Below, piece after piece: positions 25,445 to 36,114 of a stretch of 64,000 nucleotides of DNA (positions within the stretch are counted from its first letter, which is position 1; each line of letters opens with the position of its first letter). This DNA is from an uncultured Gammaproteobacteria bacterium. GTDB taxonomy: Bacteria > Pseudomonadota > Gammaproteobacteria > Arenicellales > JAANXG01. Location of the stretch: NCBI GenBank assembly GCA_947258975.1, contig CAMYKK010000003.1:24503-88502 (forward strand). The letters run 5' to 3'. A program made the translations under genes and the position numbers. The notes below the pieces were generated by a model. It saw nothing but the letters and a program-made list of their open reading frames with translations. It ran no database searches and was not told where the DNA came from.

Positions 25445-27481
25445 TTAGTGAGGCAAAGTGGTGGACACCGCTGTATGTCCGTCAACAGCAGAGACTGCTA
25501 TTTGTGTCTTGCTTCGCTCACTGGTGTGCAGATTCAACGCCCTATTCATGACTCGACGCCAGAACCGGTTGTTTCCGGCAAATATTTCACGCAAAGATTT
25601 GTCGTCGTAGATCTTCATGAACCTGAACAAATCTCTCTGCGTTAAACGAACATTCATGCTGGAATAATAAATACCCGCAATATCCTTGATCAACCAACGT
25701 GTCGGCGTGCGCCGCCGCAGCTGCATCCGATGCAAGTCTATAACATAGATGTCGGTATTTTCCGGCGCCGGGTCGTCGAACGACCCGGCGAATTTCAACA
25801 AGAAATGGCACAAATATAAATCGCGATGATTGGCGCCGTTACGATGCATGGTCCGCGCAATCTGCGCCGTTTTCGCGATTAGCCATCTTTTGAAGCGGAT
25901 CCGTGAGTGCGTGTTTGGCGGATTTGCATTCCACTGCCCGCAATACTCCTCCAAGGTAACGGTCGCAGGGATTTCCTCGGTGATGATAAATGAACGGCGC
26001 CGGGCGGGATTTCGACCCGATATCCCATAGGCGACGATGCACATGGTATGGATGCCGAGTCGCTGCAGAAAGTGGATTCCATCCCACTCGTTGCGTGCAC
26101 TGATGACCGGCAAGCGAACAGAAAGCAGGTTTTTTCCAATCTCCCTCCAGCCTACGCCGCTATGTGCCTTTAAGAAATAGGCCTTGCCGCCTCGAGTGAA
26201 GCGTAAGGTTCGCCGTCCGGGTGCTTCGCGATACACCTCCCCAGAGATCCCCATAATATCTTCGAAATCGTCCCTGCCGCCCAATTGCTTGCGGAGGTCT
26301 TCTCGGCACCAGGTCAGGATCGACCGGTTTCGACTCCCCACGGGTGCCGCAGGCTCGGCCGTCGCGTCCCGTTTCCACCGTTCAATTATGTCTACCGCGC
26401 AGGCGGGCATGGCGTAAAGTTCTGTGTTGGAGCGGTATGCGAGGCCATGACTTTTCCAGGCATCGCGTTCCTCGCTGACAAGCATGTCGGACATCTCCCG
26501 ATTCAATGTTTCCTGTGAAAACGGCGACGGCAGCACGCGACCCGCCTGAGCGGCCTCGATGTGCTGCGCATAACCGCACGCGTCGGTCGCCAACACGGGC
26601 AGGCCCGACGTGATCGCTTCCAGCAAAACCATCCCCGTGTTTTCTCGGTAGGCCGGATGCACGAGCAGGTCCCCGGCGCACAGTAGTTCGGGGACATCGG
26701 AACGACCGCCGAGAAAACGTACTTTGTCGAATACGCGAAGTCTTCGTGCCAGGTGTTGAAACGGTTTCGGGTTGCCCTGGCCGACGACAAGCAAACAGCT
26801 ATCATCGCGTATATCCTCCGGCAACGCCGCCAACGCACGAACTGCACGATCCAGTCCCTTGGTCTTGAATCCGGAACCCACGAATAGCAACAAATGCGTA
26901 CTGTCTTTGATATCGAGCTCGCGACGAACCCGGTCACACGTTTGCGACGTGCAATCGATAAGTTGCTGCCGGTCCAGAGTGGGAGGCAAGTGGGCAAAGC
27001 GATGATCGGGGGTGTAGTGGAATTGTTGATAAACGGACTTCTCTCGCCGCGAGAGGCTTAGAATCTTGGTGCGGCTGTCAGGCCCGAATACCGATCGTTC
27101 GAACCTGTAGAGATGTCGATAGCGTGGCGTGAGGCGGTAAAGAACAGGGTACCGGGGTATGACCCGTCCCGCGTAGCAGTAATCTGCCGCATAGTAAATG
27201 TCCAGTCCGGGCATTTTGTTGAACCCGACAACGGCATCATACGTATCAGCGGCTAGTAGTTTGCGCAGTCGGCGATGAAACCTTGCCGCCCGCGTGTGAT
27301 TGGTCAGTCCCGAGGCCGGGATGATTTGCACTCGGACCTTGGCCGGGGATGGCCCCTGCCACTGACCACAGAAAACGACGATTTCGTGCCCCCGATGCGT
27401 GCATTCATCGATGATGCGCAGCATGTCCCGGGACAGGCCGCTAAATGGGAAATGTTTGTATACACACAGCGCGACACGCAT
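25445..27481 (-). CDS. Fusion protein: WaaG-type GT4 glucosyltransferase (N-terminal) plus WaaP-type LPS core heptose kinase (C-terminal)
   Basis: The N-terminus MRVALCVYKHFPFSGLSRDMLRI.. parallels E. coli WaaG MIVAFCLYKYFPFGGLQRDFMRI.. The C-terminal roughly 280 aa (..GEVYREAPGRRTLRFTRGGKAYFLKAH..ARNEWDGIHFLQRLGI..SFIITEE..HRDLYLCHFLL) parallels E. coli WaaP. It is one uninterrupted 678-aa frame. Confidence 0.85.
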   Translation of the reverse strand: MRVALCVYKHFPFSGLSRDMLRIIDECTHRGHEIVVFCGQWQGPSPAKVRVQIIPASGLTNHTRAARFHRRLRKLLAADTYDAVVGFNKMPGLDIYYAADYCYAGRVIPRYPVLYRLTPRYRHLYRFERSVFGPDSRTKILSLSRREKSVYQQFHYTPDHRFAHLPPTLDRQQLIDCTSQTCDRVRRELDIKDSTHLLLFVGSGFKTKGLDRAVRALAALPEDIRDDSCLLVVGQGNPKPFQHLARRLRVFDKVRFLGGRSDVPELLCAGDLLVHPAYRENTGMVLLEAITSGLPVLATDACGYAQHIEAAQAGRVLPSPFSQETLNREMSDMLVSEERDAWKSHGLAYRSNTELYAMPACAVDIIERWKRDATAEPAAPVGSRNRSILTWCREDLRKQLGGRDDFEDIMGISGEVYREAPGRRTLRFTRGGKAYFLKAHSGVGWREIGKNLLSVRLPVISARNEWDGIHFLQRLGIHTMCIVAYGISGRNPARRRSFIITEEIPATVTLEEYCGQWNANPPNTHSRIRFKRWLIAKTAQIARTMHRNGANHRDLYLCHFLLKFAGSFDDPAPENTDIYVIDLHRMQLRRRTPTRWLIKDIAGIYYSSMNVRLTQRDLFRFMKIYDDKSLREIFAGNNRFWRRVMNRALNLHTSERSKTQIAVSAVDGHTAVSTTLPH

Positions 27482-27496
27482 CGTCTCAAACCGTCT

Positions 27497-28531
27497 TCAC
27501 CTATTCTCCGTGTTTTGTTGAAACTCGGTCAAATTTCTCTCCCACTTATATGCGGTGCCACAAATCAATTCGAGATTGTCGTAGTTGGGCTGCCAGTCCA
27601 ACACCTGGTGTATCTTGGTCTTATCGGCGATCAGGACCGGTGGATCACCCGTCCGGCGAGGTGCCTCGATAACATTCAGATCGGTGTTGCTCACTTTTTG
27701 CACGGCACCAAGGACGTCTCGCACGCTAAAGCCATGCCCGTATCCACAGTTTAGAGTCCGCGACTCGCCGCCCCTGCGTAGGTATTCGAGTGCCACCACG
27801 TGAGCCGTGGCAAGGTCCTCGACGTGAATGTAGTCGCGTATACAAGTACCGTCCTCGGTGTCGTAATCGGTGCCGAAAATAGAAATATGATCTCGCTTGC
27901 CGCAAGCAGCCTCACAGGCCACCTTGATCAGATGCGTGGCGTCCGGCGTTGCCTGGCCCAGTGACCCATCCACGGCTGCCCCAGCCACGTTGAAATAACG
28001 TAATGCGACGTGATTGAAGCACTCACTGGCCGGTTCGTTGTTAATGCGGTCGCTGTTGCTGACATCTTGCAGCATCCATTCGGTTGCCAGTTTCGAGAAA
28101 CCATAAGGATTGATCGGTGAGGTATCCGCCTGCTCAGCGACGGGAATTTGCATGGGGATGCCATACACGGCGGCACTGGATGAAAAGATGAACTTCCGTA
28201 TCCCGGTGTCGCGGCATGCCTGGATCATCTGGAGGGACGTCACGACGTTGTTGCGATAATATTTAATCGGATCGCTCACCGATTCGGGCACCACGATATG
28301 TCCAGCGAAATGGATCACCGCGGCGACATCATATCGGGGCATGAGACGACGCATCGCCTCGAGATTCCCGGCATCGAGCTCCACGAAGATCGCCCCTTCC
28401 GGCACTGCCCATTTGTTGCCGGAGTAGAGGTTGTCCACCACCACGACCCGGTAACCCGCATTGAGCAATTGGCGCGTCGTATGGGACCCGATGTAACCGG
28501 CTCCTCCGGTTACCAGAACAGTGTGCTGCAT
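27497..28531 (-). CDS. galE: UDP-glucose 4-epimerase
   Basis: MQHTVLVTGGAGYIGSH.. Rossmann start at 28531 and a YxxxK region. The 100-aa upstream extension in the track ORF overlaps waaC and was discarded. Confidence 0.9.
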   Translation of the reverse strand: MQHTVLVTGGAGYIGSHTTRQLLNAGYRVVVVDNLYSGNKWAVPEGAIFVELDAGNLEAMRRLMPRYDVAAVIHFAGHIVVPESVSDPIKYYRNNVVTSLQMIQACRDTGIRKFIFSSSAAVYGIPMQIPVAEQADTSPINPYGFSKLATEWMLQDVSNSDRINNEPASECFNHVALRYFNVAGAAVDGSLGQATPDATHLIKVACEAACGKRDHISIFGTDYDTEDGTCIRDYIHVEDLATAHVVALEYLRRGGESRTLNCGYGHGFSVRDVLGAVQKVSNTDLNVIEAPRRTGDPPVLIADKTKIHQVLDWQPNYDNLELICGTAYKWERNLTEFQQNTENR

Positions 28532-28535
28532 AGAG

Positions 28536-29564
28536 CTATTTCCGTCTTTTGAGGCTCGGCTGAAGTGTACCCCACACCTTAGCAGGTGGCACGGTCGTGT
28601 AACACGCTGGTGAGACTGTTGCTTCACCGGAATAGTTGCAGCGGCGGCGTAGACATGGCGCGCAGGGGAAATCGGCAACCAGATGATGTTGTCGTGGAGC
28701 CCGGGTTCCCGTAAGCCCCGGGTCGGTGGCGCCGTAGATGGAAACGCAAGGGGCGGCGACGGCGGCTGCCAGGTGGCCAAGGCCGGTGTCGACAGCGACG
28801 GCCCCGGCTGCGTCTGCAAGCAGGCCGGCAAGTGCGGAAAGACCCAGGGCAGGTAATGCCTGCGCGCGCGGGTTATCGGCGGTCAGCCGCTCCGCGCGTG
28901 CTTTTTCCAATGCGTTTCCAGATGGCAAGAGGACCAGGAAATCGTCATTGTTGGCAAGGCGAATCAGTTCGCGCCAATAGGATTCCGGCCAATGTTTACT
29001 GGGCCAGGCGGTGCCGTGCAGAAACAGCAGGTAGTTCCCGCTCACCGGATGCAAAGCGGATCCGACGCGATCATGGCTGATGCCATAATCGACATCAGTT
29101 TGGGGTGCGGGATACCGCAAAGCCGCAGCAAATAGCTGCCGGAGACGGTCGATGGCGTGCTGATTACGATCGATACTGATGCCATGATGATACACCCACG
29201 CGGCGAGCGGCTCACGAGCACTGTCCCGCGCCAGTCCGTAACGGCGTCCATGGGCGATGACGGATAGCAACGCGCTCTTAATCAACCCTTGAGCGTCAAG
29301 CACCAAGTCATAGCGCCGTCCTCGCAGCGCATGCCACAAGCGGCGACCATCAACCGCGAGCGCCCACGGTTCCCGGCGCCAGCGCCGGCTGGCAATTGGG
29401 ATGGTCCGGTCTACTGCCGGGTGCCAGCCGGGTATATCTACCAATGACTCTTCAACCACCCAGTCAAAACGAATGTTCGGGTGCGCTTGATGGGCGTCCG
29501 TCAGCGCCGGCAACGCATGCACCACGTCGCCCAGCGAGCTGGTCTTGATCAGAAGCACCCTCAT
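28536..29564 (-). CDS. waaC: ADP-heptose:LPS heptosyltransferase I
   Basis: MRVLLIKTSSLGDVVHALPALTDA.. is a GT9 signature. Position after waaF is as in Pseudomonas. Its start overlaps the waaF stop. Confidence 0.9.
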   Translation of the reverse strand: MRVLLIKTSSLGDVVHALPALTDAHQAHPNIRFDWVVEESLVDIPGWHPAVDRTIPIASRRWRREPWALAVDGRRLWHALRGRRYDLVLDAQGLIKSALLSVIAHGRRYGLARDSAREPLAAWVYHHGISIDRNQHAIDRLRQLFAAALRYPAPQTDVDYGISHDRVGSALHPVSGNYLLFLHGTAWPSKHWPESYWRELIRLANNDDFLVLLPSGNALEKARAERLTADNPRAQALPALGLSALAGLLADAAGAVAVDTGLGHLAAAVAAPCVSIYGATDPGLTGTRAPRQHHLVADFPCAPCLRRRCNYSGEATVSPACYTTVPPAKVWGTLQPSLKRRK

Positions 29565-30637
29565 GGGTCCAGGGGCCGGGTGTCGGGAGCCGGAATTGCA
29601 TCAGTGATGAGCCGTTCGGCAGCCGTGGAGACGCGAGCGGGCGTCAGGTCCCGCAAACATTTCAGGTGGCCCAAAGGGCAACGTCGTTTGAAACACGGGC
29701 TGCAATTCAGATTCAGCGTCACCACGGCGCTATTTGGGGTCAACGGTGGCGTCACCGATGGATCTGATGACCCAAACACGGCCACTAATGGCCGACCCAG
29801 CGCAGCGGCAACGTGCATCAGGCCTGAGTCATTGGAAATTACCAAACTCGCGAGCGACATCAGATCGATCGCCTGCGCCAGGCTGGTTCTTCCGGCGAGA
29901 TTGATGCACTTGGCCGCGCATAGTGCCGTAATCTGCGCCGTCACTTGCGCGTCATGCTGCGAACCCAGCAGCCAAACCTCCCAGCCTCGAGACGAATATT
30001 GATCCGCTACTCGCGCATAGTACTCTTCCGGCCACCGCTTGGCGGGGCCAAATTCCGCCCCGGGACACAACACCAGAACAGGCCGCTCCGGTGCCGGCAG
30101 CTGCATGGCCGTCAACGTCGTCCCGATTCGGCCTCGATCGACCCTAAGCTCGGGTACCGGTAGAGACGCTCGGGAGGGATACGGTTGGTCGGCGTATCCT
30201 GCCAGGGCCACGAATCGCTGCACGGTCAACGGTGAGGAGTCGCGTTTCAGGCGTCGGATATCGTTGACTAATCCCCAGCGCTGCTCACCGACATAACCGG
30301 TGCGCCGTGGAATCCGCGCCCAGAACGGCACTAACGCGGATTTCCAGGAATTCGGTAACAGGATCGCCCATTGATAAGCTGCCCCGCGCAACCTTCGCCC
30401 TAATTGCAATCGTTTGCGAAGGTCAGCCCGACCGTGTTTGAACGGTGCTTCGACTAGCGCGTTGATCTCAGGCATGCGCTCCACCAGCGGCGCCGTCCAG
30501 GACGGCGCCAACACATCGATGGCTGCCTGTGGCGAACGCTGTTTCAGTGTCTTGAACAAGCTTTGCGCCATCACCATGTCGCCGACCCAGGACGGAGCGA
30601 CCACCAGGATGCGATCACCTGGGGCGAGCGTGCTCAC
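29561..30637 (-). CDS. waaF: ADP-heptose:LPS heptosyltransferase II
   Basis: ..ILVVAPSWVGDMVMAQSLFKTLK.. is a GT9 signature. The order ilvE-waaF-waaC is conserved. Confidence 0.9.
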   Translation of the reverse strand: MSTLAPGDRILVVAPSWVGDMVMAQSLFKTLKQRSPQAAIDVLAPSWTAPLVERMPEINALVEAPFKHGRADLRKRLQLGRRLRGAAYQWAILLPNSWKSALVPFWARIPRRTGYVGEQRWGLVNDIRRLKRDSSPLTVQRFVALAGYADQPYPSRASLPVPELRVDRGRIGTTLTAMQLPAPERPVLVLCPGAEFGPAKRWPEEYYARVADQYSSRGWEVWLLGSQHDAQVTAQITALCAAKCINLAGRTSLAQAIDLMSLASLVISNDSGLMHVAAALGRPLVAVFGSSDPSVTPPLTPNSAVVTLNLNCSPCFKRRCPLGHLKCLRDLTPARVSTAAERLITDAIPAPDTRPLDP

Positions 30638-30692
30638 AACTGGTGCAATGTTGATAAGGGAGGCACGTAGTAAGCCCCGGAGTGCCGGATGG

Positions 30693-31613
30693 CTACAAGT
30701 AGGTCAACCAATCCTGGTGCTGGTCGCGACGCCCGTACACGGTATCGAAATACAAGGTCTGCAGTTGCTCGGTAACCGGCCCTCTTGCCCCGCGCCCTAT
30801 GAGCCGGTCGTCCAGCTCCCGTATCGGCGTGACCTCCGCTGCGGTCCCGGTGAAGAAAGCTTCATCGGCCACATAGATTTCATCCCGGGTGATACGTTTT
30901 TCTTGTACCTCCAACCCCAATTCTGCGATCAACTGCAGGATGGTGTCGCGGGTAATGCCCTCCAAGGCCGACGTCAGATCCGGAGTCAAGACCCTTTCGC
31001 CGCGCACGATAAAGATGTTTTCGCCGCTGCCTTCGGCGACAAACCCCTCAAGATCCAATAATAGCGCCTCATCGTAGCCGGCTTTCGCGACTTCTTGCAG
31101 CGCGAGAATAGAATTGTAGTAGTGGCCATTGGCTTTCGCCTTGCACATCGTGCTATTGACGTGGTGGCGTGAGAATGAAGACGTCTTGACGCGGATCCCC
31201 TTGTTGAGGCCCTCGTCGCCCAGATATGCCCCCCACTCCCAGCTGGCTACGGCGACATGAACACGAAGGTTTCCAGCGTGTAGACCCATACCCTCGGAAC
31301 CATAAAAAACGATCGGTCGAATATAAGCGCTTGCCAGATCATTCTTTTGTACGACCATTTTCTGGGCACTGTTCAGTGCGTCCCTGTCGAAGGGCATGCG
31401 CATCCCCATGATATGGGCGGAGCGAAACAGTCGATCGGTATGATCCTGCAGACGGAAGATGGCGGTACCTCTGTCTGTCTTATAGGCGCGCACCCCCTCG
31501 AACACACCCAGACCATAATGGAGCGTATGGGTGAGAATATGGACGGTGGCATCACGCCACGGTATCAACTCACCATCCATCCAGATTACGCCATCGCGGT
31601 CGGCAAATGTCAT
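30693..31613 (-). CDS. ilvE: Branched-chain-amino-acid aminotransferase
   Basis: MTFADRDGVIWMDGELIPWRDATVHILTHTLHYGLGVFEG.. parallels E. coli IlvE. GAGGAG lies 8 nt upstream of the ATG at 31613. Confidence 0.93.
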   Translation of the reverse strand: MTFADRDGVIWMDGELIPWRDATVHILTHTLHYGLGVFEGVRAYKTDRGTAIFRLQDHTDRLFRSAHIMGMRMPFDRDALNSAQKMVVQKNDLASAYIRPIVFYGSEGMGLHAGNLRVHVAVASWEWGAYLGDEGLNKGIRVKTSSFSRHHVNSTMCKAKANGHYYNSILALQEVAKAGYDEALLLDLEGFVAEGSGENIFIVRGERVLTPDLTSALEGITRDTILQLIAELGLEVQEKRITRDEIYVADEAFFTGTAAEVTPIRELDDRLIGRGARGPVTEQLQTLYFDTVYGRRDQHQDWLTYL

Positions 31614-31665
31614 ATTCGTTACTCCTCGTCCGGCCAATTGGAATTGTGTTGAAGCCGATTGCATT

Positions 31666-34578
31666 TCATGTCGACTCCGGTTCGAAAAATCGTCGCCACA
31701 CTGCGGTTACCCTACGGCGCGTAGCGGCCAGATCGTCGCTACTCACCAGCGGCGCCCTTTCCGCGAGCTTCAGACGGTGTTCTGTCGTCAGGTACCGGCG
31801 GTAAGCGTCCGCCAGAATCTGGTGGTCGTCCCCGCTAATCAGGCCAAGGGCTTCCAGCGCGTCGAGTATTTCAAGACTACTCCGCGGACCGGTTAGGTCC
31901 GGGTGCGCGTGGGCCCAACGAAGAACGTAATATTGAACAATAAACTCAATGTCAACTATTCCGCCTGTTCCCTGCTTCAGGTCGAACGAATTATCGTCCG
32001 AACAGTCGCGCGCATCGACCATCTTTTGCCGCATCGCGCTTATATCACGCTTCAAAGTCTCTGGATTCCGCGCTTGGGTCAACACGTCGAAGCGGATCTT
32101 CTCGAAGCCGCGATTCAAGTCCTGGCTACCATTGACCAAACGGGCCCGTACCAGGGCCTGATGTTCCCAGGTCCAAGCGCGTTTCAGTTGGTAGTCATGG
32201 TAAGCAACCAACGAAGTGACCAGTGGCCCGGATCGGCCGCTGGGCCGCAACCGGGTGTCGATCTCGTAAATCACCCCCGACGGCGTCCGTGTTGTGAGCA
32301 TGTGGACGATTCGCTGCCCCAGCCGACCGAAGTACTGTTGATTGGGCAGACTACGATCGCCGCCTTCGGTCATGCCATGGAGCGCCGCGCCATGGTGTAA
32401 AAATACGAGATCGAGATCGGAGTGATAACCGAGCTCGAAGCTGCCCAGCTTTCCGTAGGCGAGGATGCCGAATTCCGGCCGCCTGGATTCGTCCTCCCGG
32501 CTCGGTTCACCGTATTTACCGCGCAAGCCGCCTTCACACAGAACGACCACAGTATCGAGCATGGCCTCAGCGATCACACAAAGTTGGTGCGCTACATCCA
32601 CGGTGCTGACATTGTCGAGCACATCGGCGGCAGCCACTTTCAAGGTCTGAGCTTGGCGAACCTCCCTTAACACCTCCATTTGGCCCTCGAGATCATCGCC
32701 ACTCACCGACGCCAATCGCTGTTTAATTTCATCCATCAATGATGCAGTGGTGACAGACAGTGAAGTCGAGATCGGATCCAGCAATTCGTCCAGTAACAAC
32801 GGGTAGCGGCTGATCCAGCTGCTGATCCATCCACTTGCGGCGCTTAGTTTTACCAGCTGTGATAGCGCCAAAGGATTTTCAACCAGGAGCATTAGATATG
32901 CAGAGCGGCGGCCGATGGTTTCAATCAGTTGGAGCAGACGCTGAAGTGTTTGGTTGGGATTTTGCGTGGATGCAGCTTGATGTATCAGCATCGGCATGAG
33001 CCGATCGACACGCTCGCGTCCGTAATGCGAATGCGCGTGATATGCCTTGCTGTGTCGGAACGCTTGCAGCAGCTCCAGCACCTTCTTGGAATCTGAATAT
33101 CCACTCGCCGCCAGCGTCTGCAGCGCGACATCCTCGTCTACGGTGCCCAGCCACACATCTTGCATCGAAATGACAACCGGTGTGGGATCGGTACGGGTAA
33201 CAAACACCTGCTTGAAGTGCTTATGCACTGAATGCATCACCTCATGGATTCGGCGTTCACATGCAGACCAGTCGTTAAAGCCAGCCACAAATGCCAATCG
33301 CGCCTGCTCTTCATCCTCCCGGGGCAGCATATGCGTTTGTTGGTCATGGGCCATTTGCAGCCTATGCTCCAAGTTGCGCAGGAATATATAGGCTTGTTTC
33401 AGTTCCGCGACCACGTCCGTGTCGAGCGCCCCGATGCCGTTCAGCTGGTCTAGCGCCTCGAAAAGGCGGTTTGACTGCAGTGCAGGTTCGCGACCGCCAC
33501 GAATCAACTGGAAGCTTTGGGCGATAAATTCGATTTCGCGGATCCCTCCCTGACCCAGTTTGATATTTCTCGCGATCTCCTTGCGCTCCAGTTCGCGTTC
33601 GATCAGTTCCTTCATTTCGCGGATCGACTCGAACGCGCCGTAATCTAGATATTTTCGATAAACAAAGGGGCGCAAACGCGCCAACAACCTTTCACCGGAC
33701 TGCCGGTCGCCGGCAACGATACGCGCCTTGGTCAATGCGTACCGTTCCCAACCGCGTCCATGGGTCTGGTAGTAGTTCTCCATGGCGTCGAACGAAAGCA
33801 CCAACGGACCGCTACGGCCATTGGGGCGCAGCCGCATATCGACGCGGAACACATAGCCGTCCTCGGTCCTGGTGTCCAATGCTGAAATAAGGTCGCGGCC
33901 TAGCTTGGTGAAAAACTGGTGATTACTGATCGGCCGTTGCGCATCGGTCTCTCCGTCGGCGCCGTAGGTGAAGATCAAGTCAATATCGGACGAGAAATTC
34001 AGCTCCCTACCGCCTAACTTGCCCAGTCCCAAGACAATAAACGGTACTGATTGCTGGGTCGAACTGTCGCGAGGCGTTCCCCTCGCTTCGGTGGTCCATT
34101 GATAGGTGTGCGCCAGCGCTTGCTGTACACAGCAGTCCGCCAGCTCCGTCATCAGCGCCATGACCTCATCTAAGCTGGCCAAACCCGCCAGATCCCGCCA
34201 TGCGATACGCACCGACTCGCGTAATCGAAACCGGCGCATAATGTGCTGTAACGAATCCATGTCCACGACGTTCGCAAACACCGTATCTGCCCGCCGCATC
34301 AACTCACCTGGGTCGTAGGCGCGATCCAGGTCCCCACTTTGAGTCAAGTCAAACAGCAAGGCCGGCTTTTGTACACAGGTATTGGCGACGAAGTTGCTGC
34401 CCGCCCACACCCGCAGCAACTGACGCTGTTGGGAGTCGTTTATATCCAGGGGGCCCGAGTGCTGCTCACGGGAGGCGGCCTGAAAGTCCTGCCAATAGCG
34501 CGTCAGCCGCATCCGCAGGATGGGGGGAATTCCGTCGAAACTGGGCGGCTTTGTGGTCGCCGATGACGTCTCACTCAT
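31666..34578 (-). CDS. glnE: Bifunctional glutamine synthetase adenylyltransferase/adenylyl-removing enzyme
   Basis: About 970 aa with two nucleotidyltransferase domains (..GKLGGRELNFSSDIDLIF.. and ..GKLGSFELGYHSDLDLVF..). The start is 34578 or 34635. Confidence 0.93.
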   Translation of the reverse strand: MSETSSATTKPPSFDGIPPILRMRLTRYWQDFQAASREQHSGPLDINDSQQRQLLRVWAGSNFVANTCVQKPALLFDLTQSGDLDRAYDPGELMRRADTVFANVVDMDSLQHIMRRFRLRESVRIAWRDLAGLASLDEVMALMTELADCCVQQALAHTYQWTTEARGTPRDSSTQQSVPFIVLGLGKLGGRELNFSSDIDLIFTYGADGETDAQRPISNHQFFTKLGRDLISALDTRTEDGYVFRVDMRLRPNGRSGPLVLSFDAMENYYQTHGRGWERYALTKARIVAGDRQSGERLLARLRPFVYRKYLDYGAFESIREMKELIERELERKEIARNIKLGQGGIREIEFIAQSFQLIRGGREPALQSNRLFEALDQLNGIGALDTDVVAELKQAYIFLRNLEHRLQMAHDQQTHMLPREDEEQARLAFVAGFNDWSACERRIHEVMHSVHKHFKQVFVTRTDPTPVVISMQDVWLGTVDEDVALQTLAASGYSDSKKVLELLQAFRHSKAYHAHSHYGRERVDRLMPMLIHQAASTQNPNQTLQRLLQLIETIGRRSAYLMLLVENPLALSQLVKLSAASGWISSWISRYPLLLDELLDPISTSLSVTTASLMDEIKQRLASVSGDDLEGQMEVLREVRQAQTLKVAAADVLDNVSTVDVAHQLCVIAEAMLDTVVVLCEGGLRGKYGEPSREDESRRPEFGILAYGKLGSFELGYHSDLDLVFLHHGAALHGMTEGGDRSLPNQQYFGRLGQRIVHMLTTRTPSGVIYEIDTRLRPSGRSGPLVTSLVAYHDYQLKRAWTWEHQALVRARLVNGSQDLNRGFEKIRFDVLTQARNPETLKRDISAMRQKMVDARDCSDDNSFDLKQGTGGIVDIEFIVQYYVLRWAHAHPDLTGPRSSLEILDALEALGLISGDDHQILADAYRRYLTTEHRLKLAERAPLVSSDDLAATRRRVTAVWRRFFEPEST

Positions 34579-34648
34579 AGCCTCACATAGCTCTTGCGTT
34601 GCTGGGTATAATCTAGCAGTTGAACGTTTCCTCAATCATCTCATAAAC

Positions 34649-35293
34649 ATGATACCGCTCATCGATACCAGGCTCGAAGAATATGCGATCGCCCATTCCC
34701 GTGCGCCCTCGTTTTTGTTACAGGAACTCCAGGCCTATACCTACGAACATTGTGATAACCCGGAAATGGTAACCGGGCCGCTCGAGGCGGGGTTTTTGCG
34801 AATGCTCATACACCTCATCGGTGCCCGCAGGGTGCTGGAGATTGGTTTGTTTACCGGATACTCAGCGCTGGCGATGGCCGAGGCGCTTCCGGTGGGTGGG
34901 GAGTTGATCAGTTGCGAGATCGACCCCAAGCATTGCGCGATCGCGACCGCATTTTTTGACCGCAGTCCCCACGGGAACAAGATTCGCACGGTGTTGGGAC
35001 CGGCGCTGGAAACCCTGGACACGATAAAGGGGCCGTTTGACATGGTGTTTCTCGATGCGGACAAGGAAAACTACCTGCAATACTATGAGAAAACCTTGCC
35101 GCTTCTGCGCCCGGAGGGGTTGTTGGTAGCCGATAACACATTGTGGTCGGGCCGTGTACTGGCGCCCGAAAAAGATACCGACCGCGCTCTGGTGAAGTTC
35201 AACCGCCACATACAGCGGGACCATCGCGTGGAGAACATCTTACTTACCGTGCGCGACGGCATGATGTTGGTACGCAAACAGCCGTCATCATAA
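34649..35293 (+). CDS. Class I SAM-dependent O-methyltransferase (caffeoyl-CoA OMT-like family 3)
   Basis: VLEIGLFTGYSALAMAEAL and FDMVFLDADKENY motifs. Start trimmed to the ATG at 34649. Confidence 0.8.
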   Translation: MIPLIDTRLEEYAIAHSRAPSFLLQELQAYTYEHCDNPEMVTGPLEAGFLRMLIHLIGARRVLEIGLFTGYSALAMAEALPVGGELISCEIDPKHCAIATAFFDRSPHGNKIRTVLGPALETLDTIKGPFDMVFLDADKENYLQYYEKTLPLLRPEGLLVADNTLWSGRVLAPEKDTDRALVKFNRHIQRDHRVENILLTVRDGMMLVRKQPSS

Positions 35294-35321
35294 ACAAACG
35301 TCGTGCCGCAGACGACTGCCG

Positions 35322-36101
35322 TCAATGCGTGAGGATCTGGCTTAGGAATTGTTCAGTGCGTTCGGACTGCGGATTGGTAAAAAACTCTTCGGGTTCGTTC
35401 TGTTCGACGATTTGACCCTCATCCATGAAGATCATTTGATTCGCCACCGTCTTTGCGAACCCCATTTCATGAGTAACGCACAGCATGGTCATGCCCTCTT
35501 CGGCGAGTTCGACCATGACATCCAGGACCTCTTTGATCATTTCCGGATCCAGCGCCGAGGTTGGCTCATCGAACAACATGATCTTGGGATTCATACATAG
35601 CGCCCGGGCAATAGCCACCCGCTGTTGTTGACCGCCGGACAGTTGGCCTGGAAATTTACTTGCCTGTTCAGGAATCTTCACGCGTTCGAGATACTTCATG
35701 GCAATGTCTTCGGCTTCCGCGCGCGGCATCTTGCGCACCCAGATCGGCGCCAGCGCCAAGTTCTCGAGAATGGACAGGTGCGGGAATAAGTTGAAATGTT
35801 GAAACACCATACCGACTTCGCGGCGTACGCTTTCGATGTTTTTGAGATCATCAGTGAGCTCGGTGCCGTCGACCACAATGCGTCCCTGCTGGTGCTCCTC
35901 CAGCCGATTAATGCAACGAATCAGGGTTGATTTTCCGGAGCCGGATGGTCCGCAAATAACGAATCGCTCACCTTTCTTGACCGTCAAGTTGATTTCTTTG
36001 AGCACATGAAACTGTCCATACCACTTGTGCATCGCCTCGATAAGTATTATGCAATCCGCCGCGATTTTCGAGTTGGATTGCGGAGATTCAAAGTCGTTCA
36101 T
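35322..36101 (-). CDS. aapP: General L-amino acid ABC transporter, ATP-binding protein
   Basis: Walker [10 protein letters not shown], signature [15 protein letters not shown], Walker [12 protein letters not shown]. Confidence 0.88.
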   Translation of the reverse strand: MNDFESPQSNSKIAADCIILIEAMHKWYGQFHVLKEINLTVKKGERFVICGPSGSGKSTLIRCINRLEEHQQGRIVVDGTELTDDLKNIESVRREVGMVFQHFNLFPHLSILENLALAPIWVRKMPRAEAEDIAMKYLERVKIPEQASKFPGQLSGGQQQRVAIARALCMNPKIMLFDEPTSALDPEMIKEVLDVMVELAEEGMTMLCVTHEMGFAKTVANQMIFMDEGQIVEQNEPEEFFTNPQSERTEQFLSQILTH

Positions 36102-36114
36102 GCGTTCACTTGGT

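Noticed and set aside
27497-28831. 444-aa version of the galE ORF with a Pro-rich 100-aa N-terminal extension
   Set aside because: The extension overlaps the 3' end of waaC in another frame and has no epimerase homology. The canonical Rossmann start MQHTVLVTGGAGYIG begins at the internal ATG at 28531. The same logic trimmed thiE, thiD, rpmE, aroQ, cutA, the O-methyltransferase, the lipoprotein at 20902, ilvE and the NTF2-like gene.
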